Positions 19,658 to 30,130 of a stretch of DNA of 64,000 nucleotides are shown here, in pieces. The position numbers and the translations under genes were made by a program. Positions within the stretch are counted from its first letter, which is position 1. Every line of letters starts with the position of its first letter. The notes under the pieces were generated by a model that worked only from the letters and a program-made list of their open reading frames with translations, did no database searches and was not told the DNA's origin. Source of the DNA: Candidatus Eiseniibacteriota bacterium (lineage in GTDB: Bacteria > Eisenbacteria > RBG-16-71-46 > CAZEPH01); the NCBI GenBank assembly GCA_044229145.1, contig JBGATO010000011.1, positions 9,519-73,518 on the forward strand. Direction: 5' to 3'.

Positions 19658-21991
19658 ATGAACTCCGGCTTACCTGGTTCCACCGCCCTGCCCATCCTGC
19701 TCGTCGAAGACAATCCCCTGACGCGCAAGATGCTCCGGCTCGCATTGGAGAGCGAGGGGTTCGTGGTGCGCGAGGCGGGAGACGGGGCCACCGCGCGACA
19801 CGCAGCCGCGGCATCGCCCCCCGCGGTCTACGTGCTCGACTACGTGTTGCCCGATACGGACGGGCTGAGCCTCCTCGACGACTTGAACGCCGACGCGGGC
19901 GGCGTGCGTCGCCCCGCCTTCGTGATCACCGGGATGCCCATGTCCCATCGGCCGCCGGTGACAGCGGGTGACGTCACCTTCCTCGCAAAGCCCGTCGACC
20001 TCGACGACGTGGTGGCGCGCGTGCGCACCGCGCTGACCTCCGCCGCGCCACCGGCCGCCGCCGATGCGGCCACCCTGCGTGCCCACATCACCGATGACCC
20101 GGCACGCCGCGAGGCGCTCCTGCATCAAGCCGCCGAGCACACGCACGCCCTGTCGATCATGCGCGGCCTCGGCGAACTCATCGCGCGACCCGAAGATGTG
20201 GTCTCCGTCATCGGAGAAGTGCTGATCCACAACCTCGATGCCGCGGGACTCTCGGCCGGCCTGCTCTACGTCGTGGACGAACACGGGCGGCCGGTGCTGC
20301 GCGCGCATGCCGGCCTGCCGGACCGGGCACGGCCCGCTGCCGAGACGTTCTTCGGGAGCCCCGATGCGTTACGCGACCTCGTGCAACTGGGCGAACCGGT
20401 GGCGTTTGCCGTCGATCCTCCACCGTGGGCCGGCGCCTGCCTGGCGGCGCTTCAGGCGCGCAGTCTGCTGGCGGTGCCGTTCCTCGTCGGCGAGGAAACC
20501 GTTGGGGTCGTGGTGCTGGCGAGCGGCTCCGACGACCTGCGCGCGGCGCAGTGGATGACGTTCGCCCGCGGTGTCGCGGTGCAGTTCAGCCAGGCGGTCA
20601 CACTCGCGCAGTCGCTGGCGCGGGTGCGGCTGCTCGGCGAGCGGTTCCGCGAGGTGGTGTGGATGATGGCGCCGGGCTTCACCCGTGTGCACTACGTGAG
20701 CGTGGGCTACCGGCGCCTGTTTGGCGCGTCGCTCGAGAGCCTGCACGCCAATCCGCTCTCGTGGCTCGACTTCGTGCATCCTGACGACCGCGCGGCGGCC
20801 GCCACCCTCGTCGACCCGAATCTGGAGGGCGACTTCGACCTCTGCTTCCGTATCCGGCGGGAGGGGCATGACCGGTGGGTGCGCGCCAGCGGTTTCGTCA
20901 TCACCGATCCCGACGGCCGGCCGGCGCGCATCGCGACGACGCTCGAAGACATCACCGAGCGCCACGAAGCCGAGCAGGCCCACGTGCGCCGCTCGGCACA
21001 ACTGCAGGCGCTCGCGGATGCGGCGCTCGGTATCAGCTCGGCGCGCACCACCGAGGCGATCGCCGACCGGATGTTGGCCGCGGTGACGCCGCTGTCCGGC
21101 GCGCGCGCGGCGTCGCTCGAGTGGGGCGACGTCGGAGATCAGCCGCACTCGCGTGAGATGCTGGAGATCCTGCTGCGCGGCGGATCGAGTCAAGTGCTGG
21201 GCGTGCTGCGGATCTTGCCGTCCGATCCGCGCGGCCTCGCGCACGACGACATCGCCCTGCTCACCCAACTCGCGCAGCACGCGGGACAGGCGGTGGACAA
21301 CCGCCGGCTGCTCGCGCACCTCGAGGATGCGCGCGTGCAACTCGAGGCGTTGTCGCGGCGCATCGTCGCCTTGCAGGAGGACGAGCGGCGGCACATCGCG
21401 CGCGAATTGCATGACGACGTCGGACAACTCATCACCGGCCTCACGCTCATGCTCGAGGCGCGCGCCCGGGCACATCCCGGTTTCGATGCCGCGCCGCTGC
21501 ACGATGTGCTGACCCAGATCCATGCGCGCGTGCGCGACCTCTCCCATTCGCTGCGCCCGCCGATGCTCGACGATCTCGGCCTGATCCCGGCGCTCACCTG
21601 GCAGTGCGAGCGCTATCACGTGCAAACCGGCATCCGCGTCGATTTCCACCACCGCGATGCCAGCCGGCGTTTCGACTCCGCCCTGGAGACTGCGGTGTTC
21701 CGCATCGTCCAGGAAGCCTTGACCAACGTGGCGCGTCACGCGCGCGCCGATCGCGTGTCCGTCGAAGTGTGGGCGACTCCCACCACGCTCGGCCTCCACG
21801 TGCAAGATGCCGGGGTGGGATTCGACACCTCGGCTGCGTCCCCGCTCTCCAGCGGGTTGGCGAACATGCGCCAGCGAGCGTTGTTGGTCGGTGGCGCGCT
21901 GCACATCTCCTCCCGCCCGGGAGACGGCACTCAGGTGTGGGCGGAGTTGCCCCTCGCGTCTTACGTCCCAGAAAGGATGTCCGCGTCATGA
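19658..21991 (+). CDS. Cytoplasmic sensor histidine kinase (REC-GAF-PAS-GAF-HisKA_3-HATPase), 777 aa
   Basis: ILLVEDN/LDYVLPD receiver; VHPDDR PAS; EDERRHIARELHDDVGQ H-box; QEALTNVARHA, DAGVGF, GLANMRQRA. Confidence 0.92.
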   Translation: MNSGLPGSTALPILLVEDNPLTRKMLRLALESEGFVVREAGDGATARHAAAASPPAVYVLDYVLPDTDGLSLLDDLNADAGGVRRPAFVITGMPMSHRPPVTAGDVTFLAKPVDLDDVVARVRTALTSAAPPAAADAATLRAHITDDPARREALLHQAAEHTHALSIMRGLGELIARPEDVVSVIGEVLIHNLDAAGLSAGLLYVVDEHGRPVLRAHAGLPDRARPAAETFFGSPDALRDLVQLGEPVAFAVDPPPWAGACLAALQARSLLAVPFLVGEETVGVVVLASGSDDLRAAQWMTFARGVAVQFSQAVTLAQSLARVRLLGERFREVVWMMAPGFTRVHYVSVGYRRLFGASLESLHANPLSWLDFVHPDDRAAAATLVDPNLEGDFDLCFRIRREGHDRWVRASGFVITDPDGRPARIATTLEDITERHEAEQAHVRRSAQLQALADAALGISSARTTEAIADRMLAAVTPLSGARAASLEWGDVGDQPHSREMLEILLRGGSSQVLGVLRILPSDPRGLAHDDIALLTQLAQHAGQAVDNRRLLAHLEDARVQLEALSRRIVALQEDERRHIARELHDDVGQLITGLTLMLEARARAHPGFDAAPLHDVLTQIHARVRDLSHSLRPPMLDDLGLIPALTWQCERYHVQTGIRVDFHHRDASRRFDSALETAVFRIVQEALTNVARHARADRVSVEVWATPTTLGLHVQDAGVGFDTSAASPLSSGLANMRQRALLVGGALHISSRPGDGTQVWAELPLASYVPERMSAS

Positions 21992-22683
21992 GCGACACTG
22001 TCAGCATCGTCCTCGCAGACGATCACACGCTGGTGCGCGAGGCGCTCGGCGCCCTGTTGCGCACGGAACCGCGGTTCTCCATCGTGGGAGAGGCCGCCAA
22101 CGGCCTCGAGGTGCCGCCGCTCGTCGACAAGTTGCAGCCCGACGTGCTCGTCACCGATCTCATGATGCCGGGCATGGGAGGCATCGAGGTGGCGCGGCAA
22201 GTGCGGCGTCAGCATCCGAACACGCGCGTGCTGATCCTGTCGATGCACATGAACGAAGCCCACGTCATGGAGGCGCTGCGCAGCGGAGCGCACGGCTACA
22301 TGCGAAAGGACGCCACCGCGCGCGACCTCGTGCATGCCATCCGCGAGGTGTCGGAAGGACATCTGTACCTGAGCGCGCCGTTTTCGGACCGGGCGATCGA
22401 GGCGTACCGCCAACGCTCCGATGCGGCGGCGCGCGATCCCTACGACACGCTGACCCCGCGGGAGCGCGAGGTCCTGCATCTCGCCGCCGAAGGGCACGGG
22501 CACCAAGAAGTGGCGCGCCGGCTCCACATCAGCCCGCGCACGGCCGAGACGCATCGCGCGAACATGATGCGCAAACTCGGGCTGCGCAAACTCTCGGATG
22601 TCGTGCGCTTCGCATTGCGCCGTGGTCTCATCGGTTGGGACGGGGACACGCCGGCGGGACCGGCGGCGGACACCGGCGAATGA
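21988..22683 (+). CDS. NarL/FixJ family response regulator, 231 aa
   Basis: ATGA overlap; LADDH, DLMMPGMGG, LTPREREVL..HISPRTAETHRANMMRKL LuxR-type HTH. Confidence 0.95.
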   Translation: MSDTVSIVLADDHTLVREALGALLRTEPRFSIVGEAANGLEVPPLVDKLQPDVLVTDLMMPGMGGIEVARQVRRQHPNTRVLILSMHMNEAHVMEALRSGAHGYMRKDATARDLVHAIREVSEGHLYLSAPFSDRAIEAYRQRSDAAARDPYDTLTPREREVLHLAAEGHGHQEVARRLHISPRTAETHRANMMRKLGLRKLSDVVRFALRRGLIGWDGDTPAGPAADTGE

Positions 22684-22913
22684 GTACGGGAATCCCGCAG
22701 GAAAATCGCGGGAGCCTCCGGATGGCGAGACCTTCGTGGCACTCCTACCGTGACGCCTTGGTTGTCCTGCACGGACGCGCGATGTCGATCCGGCAGGGAG
22801 ACGCGTCGCCGTTCGCGCCCGTGGTCCGGAACGCCGCGCCTGCTCTCCGCAGGGGAGTGCGGGGCTCGCAGCGCGTGCGTGACGCCGCGGGCCGCAGGGC
22901 AACCGCTGCCGCG

Positions 22914-23519
22914 ATGGCGCGGCGGCTGCGAGTTGGCGTCATGGCGAGTGTGGCACTCGCCGCGGTGTCGTGGGGGACACCACGCTTGGCCGCGGCACGC
23001 GGGCTCGAGTTCGGCGTCGATGCCGGGGCCGCGTTGGTGAAGTCGCCCGGCGTGGCGGTGGTCACCCACTTTCACGTGCCGCTCGGCTACTTGTCCTACG
23101 AACCCGCGCTGCGGGTCGGCGTGCCACTCGGCGCTCGCTGGACGTGGGAAACCGGATTGGGCGTCGATGAAGTCACGCCGCACGACACCACCGGCCTGCA
23201 TCTCGACGACCTGCTGCCGCGCGACACCGGCCACTACTCGCACTGGCGCGGCCGTCTCTGCTTGCTGCTCGAAGGGCCGGGCGACGATCCCGAACGCCGC
23301 GCCTTTGGCCGACTGGGGCCGATCGTGAACGCGCGCCACTACCACGGCAAGACGCGCCTGCAATTCGGTGGCACAGCGGCGCTGGGATGGCGAATTCCGT
23401 TGGCGCCGCGCCTCGGGCTGCGCGTCGAGGCGGCGTACAGCTATCTCGACGGCACCTCCGAGTTGCCGCGCGCCCACGTCTATGCCGTGCACGCGGGGAT
23501 GAGCGGCTTCACGCGCTGA
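22914..23519 (+). CDS. Putative small outer-membrane beta-barrel protein (start uncertain; in-frame ATG also at 22680)
   Basis: Signal-like MARRLRVGVMASVALAAVSW; amphipathic strands LEFGVDAG, WTWETGLG, LGWRIPL, LRVEAAYSY, VYAVHAGMSGF. Confidence 0.6.
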   Translation: MARRLRVGVMASVALAAVSWGTPRLAAARGLEFGVDAGAALVKSPGVAVVTHFHVPLGYLSYEPALRVGVPLGARWTWETGLGVDEVTPHDTTGLHLDDLLPRDTGHYSHWRGRLCLLLEGPGDDPERRAFGRLGPIVNARHYHGKTRLQFGGTAALGWRIPLAPRLGLRVEAAYSYLDGTSELPRAHVYAVHAGMSGFTR

Positions 23520-23624
23520 GGCCGGCCGCCGCCGCGGTCGATAACCGGGACGAAATCGACTACAGTGCGCGCGCCGCGCTGGGGGGCGGCGGGGGACTCG
23601 CTGCCTGCCCGGAGGATCTCCCCG

Positions 23625-25250
<1,626 letters not shown>

Positions 25251-25480
25251 TCGGACGCGTGTGCTGCGCCCATGGGCGCGACGGCGGCGGGACGCTTGTC
25301 GCTCTGCCGCCGGCGCCGGGCGGCGCGTAGCGTCGCCGGTAGTACGTTGACCCAGGGCGACGCTGGCCGTTCGCCACGCCGCGAGACGTAGCGGCCCACG
25401 TTCGTCATTCCCGAACGGTGTCTGCCACCCCCAGACCGACGCTCGCCCGCCTCTTGCATCGCGGCAGGGAGGGCACTGCG

Positions 25481-28400
25481 ATGCATGCCCGCACGCGACT
25501 TGGCCACGCCCTGATAGCGGCGTGTCTCTTCCTCCTGGCGAGCGCCACCGTGGCGTTCGCGCAGGCCACACTCACGTCCGATCGCGCGGATTACGCGATC
25601 GGCGAAACCGTGATCCTCACCGGAACCGGCTGGACGCCCGGCGAAACCGTCACGCTGGTGATCAGCGAACTGCCGGCGGTCGACGACCCTGTCGTCTACA
25701 CCTGCACCGCGGATGCCGGCGGGGCGATCGAAAATCACGACTTCCTCGCGCATCGCCACGGTGACACCATCACGTTCCTCGTCGACGCGCTCGGCGCCAC
25801 CAGCGGACTGACCGCGCAGGCGAGCTTCACGGATTCGCCGGTGGTGGTGTCGTGCTCGGTGTCGCCCGTCGGGTCGTCCTCGGTGCCGCAAGGCGGCAGC
25901 GTCACCTTCACAGTGTCGGTGTACGCGTACTATTACCTCGGCCGCACCGTCGGCCTGTCGACCACGTTCACGCCATCGTGGCCGAGCGGGGTCGGCACCA
26001 ACTACAACCCTCCTTCGCTCAGCACCACCTGCATGTTCTGGTGCCCTCCGGCGACGCTGACCTCCACCCTGACGATGTCGACCGCGTCGTACACGCCGCC
26101 TGGCTACTACACGTTCCGGGTGCGCGCTCAGTACGCTTCGGGGGACTACGCGGAAGGGTGGGCCAACATCACGGTCCAAAACAGCAACCGTCCGCCCGAG
26201 CTGGCGGCCATCGGCCAGAAGTACGCCTATGAAGGCGCGTTGCTCACGTTCACCGCCACCGCCACCGATCCCGACCCCGGACAGACGCTGCGCTTCGCGC
26301 TCGGCGGTCAACCCACCACCGGCATGGCGATCGACCCGGTCACCGGTGTCTTCACGTGGACGCCCGATTTCTGGCAGGGCGGCAACCACGGCGGCGAGTA
26401 CCGCGATTACTCGATCGTGGTGCGCGTGACGGACAACGCGCAATATCCGCTCAGCGACTCCGAAGTGGTCGTCGTGCGGTGCTCCAACACCAACCGGCCG
26501 CCGTCCGTCTCCGTGATGTCGGAGGCGTGGCTGTCTGAGGAAGCGGCGGCCACCATTTCGGTGGACGCGAACGATCCCGATTCCGATCAGTCGTTCTACT
26601 ACTCGGTGACCTCTGGACCGCCCGGCCTCCACTGGCGGTACACGAACCCGACATCCTCTCACAATTACCTCGAGTGGACGCCGACCGAGTACGACGGCCC
26701 TGGTGTCTACACGATCGGGATTCAGGTGAGTGACGGCTACGGCGGCAGCGGCTACGCCACCAGCACGTGGCACGTCGCGGAGGTGAATCGGCCGCCTGTC
26801 TTGCCGCGCTCCGGCACGCTGGCGATCGACGAGGAGACTGGCTGGAGTATGTCTCTTCGCGCGAGCGACTACGACAGCCCCACGAATCAAGTCAGGGTCG
26901 TGGTGACCGGGCTCGCGGAGGGCATGCAGTACGACTCGACCTACGCGTACGTGTGGTGGACGCCCACCGAAGCGCAGGGCCCGGCGACGTACAGTTTCAC
27001 GGCCACCGCGACCGACAACGGATCGCCCCCGCTCAGCGACACCTACACCTACACGATCGCCGTGCGGGAGGTGAACCGGCTGCCGGAGCTCGCGGCGATC
27101 GCCGATTTCCGCATCGTCGACGGCGAGGAACTCGTGGTGCCGTTGATCGCCAGCGATCCGGACCTCCCCGCGAATCCTCTCACCTACCTGCTCGGGGGCG
27201 GTCCCAGCGGCATGCACGTCGATCCGCTGACCGGCGTGCTGACCTGGACGCCGTCGGCCTCGCAAGCGCCGGGCGACTACTTCGTCCAGGCGGTGGTGCA
27301 CGACGGCTGGGGATCGGCGTCGCGCTCCTTCGCGGTGCATGTCGACATCGCGAACCGGCCGCCGACGCTCGAGGCGATCGCCGATCAGACGCTCGACGAG
27401 TGTGCCGACTGGACGTACGCGCTGGTCGCGCGCGACGACGACCGCTTCGCCAACCCGTTCAGCTACTGGGTCACCGGTGCGCCGGACGGTTTCGCGGTGG
27501 ATCCGGGATCCGGCGTGATGACGTGGCATCCGGACGAGGCGCAGGGGCCCGGCGATTTCGTGGTGACCGCCTGGGTGTCGGACAACGACACACCCGCCTA
27601 CACCGCGCAGCAGACGTTCGGCATGCATGTGCGCGAGGTGAATGTGCTCCCGGTGCTCAGCGTCGTCGCGACGGTGAGTGTCGACGAAGGGGCGCTGGTG
27701 CAGTTCGTCGCGCAGGGATCCGACGTGGACCTCCCGGCCAACCCGCTGGTGTACGCGCTGCTGCCGCCGTCACCCAGTGACGCGACGATCGACGGCGCGA
27801 CAGGCGAGGTGCGCTGGACGCCGCTCGACGACGGAACCGCGACGCTGCGTGTGCAACTCGACGACGGCGCCGGCGGTCTGGTCACGGCCGATTGTGCGGT
27901 GACAGTGCACAACGTGGCGCCGCTGGTCGCGCTGTCGGCGCCGCCGGCCGGTACCGTGGTGCCGATCAACACAGTGGTGCCGCTCGCCGGTGCGTTCACC
28001 GATCCGAGTCTGCTCGACACCCACACCGCCGTGTGGACCGTGGGACCCTACACGGTGCCCGCGACGCTCGATGCCACCACCCGAACGGTGGACGGCAGTG
28101 GCAGCTTCCCACTTCCCGGCGTGTACGCAGTCTCGCTGGCCGTCACGGACGACGACGGCGGCGTCGGCTACGCGAACACCATCGACGGACTGGACGCGAT
28201 GCTGGTGGTCTACGATCCCAACGGCGGATTCGTGACCGGCGGTGGCTGGTGTCTGTCACCGGCCGGCGCGTATCCCGCAAATCCGGCGCTCAGCGAGAAG
28301 GCCAACATGGGCTTCACCGCGCAATACAAGAAGAACGCCACCGTCCCCACCGGCGAAACCGAGTTCCAACTCAAGTCGGCCGGCCTCAACTTCCACAGCA

Positions 28401-28984
28401 CCTCGTACGACTGGCTGGCGGTCCGCGGCGGCTGGGCACAGTACGCTGGGCACGGCACCCTCAATGGCGGCGGCAGCTACGCCTTCACCTTGACGGTGAT
28501 CGATGGCGAACTGGCGGATGGCGGAGGCGACCGGATCCGCATGCGCATCGTCGAGCCGGCGAGCGGCGTCGTGGTCTACGACACGCAGCCGGGCGCGATC
28601 GAGAATGCCGATCCGACGCTGGTCTTGGGAGGCGGTTCGGTCGTCATCCACCCGGCGTCGACGTCGAGCGGCAAGAACAAGCCGTTGGGCGATGTCGTCC
28701 TTCCGGCGCGCTTCGCCGTGCACGCACTGGCAGCGGCGCGGCCCGGTGTGGTGGTCGATCTTCCGGTGGAGTGCGCACTCCGCGTCGAGGCGTTCGATGT
28801 CGCGGGACGTTGCGTGGCCACCCTGATCGACGCGCCGGTGGCGGCGGGACAGCGCACCGTCCTGTGGCCTGCACGTGAGACGGCGCACGCGGCGCAGGTG
28901 ACGTTCTGCCGCGTGACGGCGACGCCACGTAGTGGCCTCGACGCCCCGTTCACCGCGACGGCACGGCTGGTGGTCGTGCGCTAG
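25481..28984 (+). CDS. Secreted protein with cadherin-like/putative-Ig repeats, a PKD-like domain and a degenerate FlgD/T9SS-like C-terminal domain, 1167 aa
   Basis: Signal peptide ending AFA; repeated NRPP...D.D...TG...WTP...VxD...EVN units; VTDDDGG; GFVTGGGW module; C-terminal FDVAGR...RLVVVR. Confidence 0.85.
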   Translation: MHARTRLGHALIAACLFLLASATVAFAQATLTSDRADYAIGETVILTGTGWTPGETVTLVISELPAVDDPVVYTCTADAGGAIENHDFLAHRHGDTITFLVDALGATSGLTAQASFTDSPVVVSCSVSPVGSSSVPQGGSVTFTVSVYAYYYLGRTVGLSTTFTPSWPSGVGTNYNPPSLSTTCMFWCPPATLTSTLTMSTASYTPPGYYTFRVRAQYASGDYAEGWANITVQNSNRPPELAAIGQKYAYEGALLTFTATATDPDPGQTLRFALGGQPTTGMAIDPVTGVFTWTPDFWQGGNHGGEYRDYSIVVRVTDNAQYPLSDSEVVVVRCSNTNRPPSVSVMSEAWLSEEAAATISVDANDPDSDQSFYYSVTSGPPGLHWRYTNPTSSHNYLEWTPTEYDGPGVYTIGIQVSDGYGGSGYATSTWHVAEVNRPPVLPRSGTLAIDEETGWSMSLRASDYDSPTNQVRVVVTGLAEGMQYDSTYAYVWWTPTEAQGPATYSFTATATDNGSPPLSDTYTYTIAVREVNRLPELAAIADFRIVDGEELVVPLIASDPDLPANPLTYLLGGGPSGMHVDPLTGVLTWTPSASQAPGDYFVQAVVHDGWGSASRSFAVHVDIANRPPTLEAIADQTLDECADWTYALVARDDDRFANPFSYWVTGAPDGFAVDPGSGVMTWHPDEAQGPGDFVVTAWVSDNDTPAYTAQQTFGMHVREVNVLPVLSVVATVSVDEGALVQFVAQGSDVDLPANPLVYALLPPSPSDATIDGATGEVRWTPLDDGTATLRVQLDDGAGGLVTADCAVTVHNVAPLVALSAPPAGTVVPINTVVPLAGAFTDPSLLDTHTAVWTVGPYTVPATLDATTRTVDGSGSFPLPGVYAVSLAVTDDDGGVGYANTIDGLDAMLVVYDPNGGFVTGGGWCLSPAGAYPANPALSEKANMGFTAQYKKNATVPTGETEFQLKSAGLNFHSTSYDWLAVRGGWAQYAGHGTLNGGGSYAFTLTVIDGELADGGGDRIRMRIVEPASGVVVYDTQPGAIENADPTLVLGGGSVVIHPASTSSGKNKPLGDVVLPARFAVHALAAARPGVVVDLPVECALRVEAFDVAGRCVATLIDAPVAAGQRTVLWPARETAHAAQVTFCRVTATPRSGLDAPFTATARLVVVR

Positions 28985-29000
28985 CCAGGTGTCGTGACGG

Positions 29001-29036
29001 ACGGCCGTCGCACCGTCTTCGCGGTGCGGCGGCCGT
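29001..29036. terminator. Hairpin between convergent genes, probable bidirectional terminator
   Basis: ACGGCCGTCGCACCG-TCTTCG-CGGTGCGGCGGCCGT, 15-bp stem with one G-U pair. Confidence 0.65.
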
Positions 29037-29041
29037 TGTCG

Positions 29042-30130
29042 TTAGCGGCCGTGCACCCGGACCGCGAGACTCACGCGGGTTTGCGCGAAGTCGACATCCT
29101 GCGGATCCACGTAGGTGCCGGCCGGGAATTCGCTGTCGGTCGACAGGTGGCGCGCGGCGAGCTGCGCATCCCACGCCCGTGCCAGCCGTTGCGTCCACCG
29201 CGCGCCGGTTTCGGTGCGGTGCGACGTGCGATCGAAGCGCGTGACATCGAACTTGTCGGCGGTGGTGTAGTGGCGGGTCTCCGGCGTCCACCACGCGTCG
29301 AGCCGTCCGCGGTGCCGGCCGCCCCACGGGAGCGTCGCGGCCAGTGTCACGCCATGGCGATCGTAGGAGATATCGGTGTCGCGTACTTCGGTATCGGGCA
29401 GATCGCCGCGGGCGGTGAGGGCGCCGGTGAAATACGTCGCCGCCACCGACCAGCCGGTGCGTTCGCGCGGATGCACCTCGGCGCCGGCGCGCCACGTCGT
29501 GCGGTGATTGTCGCGCTCGCGGAAGTCGGTGCCGTAGTCGCGCACCGCGCGCTCGCCGCCGGCGGTGAACGCGAGCCGGCCGTGCCACGCGTCCTGCGTC
29601 AGCGCGCCGCCGTACACCGTTTCGCCGTAGGCCAGCGAGCGGCGAATCCGGCGCTGCGCCAGGAATGACGCGTCGGCATCGGTGACTTCGAGGAGATAGT
29701 ACCGCGGCGTGCGCTCGACGAACGCGGTGGCGCGCAGCAGCGACCGCCGCCGCACCGTCAGCTCCTGCGCACCGCGCAGCGCGTAGGTCTGCGAGTCCTT
29801 GACACCGTTGTCATCGTAGAACGTCCCGGCGGCAGCGAGCGCCAGCGAGGATTCGCGGCGATGCCAGGGGCGTGCGCGCCAGCGCAGTTCGCCTTGCACT
29901 CCCGTCGCGCCGTCGCCCACCGACACGACGCGAAACCGCGACGAGGTGGGATTCTCCGCGAAGCGCGCCTGATCGTGCGGCGTCATCTGCAGGATGTTGT
30001 CGTCGACGCGGCGCTCGAGGCCGAGCGTCCACGTCCAGCGCGCTCCGCCGTCGCGTGCCGCCGACGCGGGAGCGTGGAGCCCCGCGCCGGCAAGCACGGC
30101 GACGACGATCGCGAGTGCGTGCCGACGCAC
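29042..30130 (-). CDS. Putative outer-membrane beta-barrel protein, 362 aa
   Basis: GTG overlaps the upstream TAG by 1 nt; signal peptide ending ASA; N-terminal DDNI motif; many amphipathic strands; terminal strand TRVSLAVRVH. Confidence 0.7.
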   Translation of the reverse strand: MRRHALAIVVAVLAGAGLHAPASAARDGGARWTWTLGLERRVDDNILQMTPHDQARFAENPTSSRFRVVSVGDGATGVQGELRWRARPWHRRESSLALAAAGTFYDDNGVKDSQTYALRGAQELTVRRRSLLRATAFVERTPRYYLLEVTDADASFLAQRRIRRSLAYGETVYGGALTQDAWHGRLAFTAGGERAVRDYGTDFRERDNHRTTWRAGAEVHPRERTGWSVAATYFTGALTARGDLPDTEVRDTDISYDRHGVTLAATLPWGGRHRGRLDAWWTPETRHYTTADKFDVTRFDRTSHRTETGARWTQRLARAWDAQLAARHLSTDSEFPAGTYVDPQDVDFAQTRVSLAVRVHGR

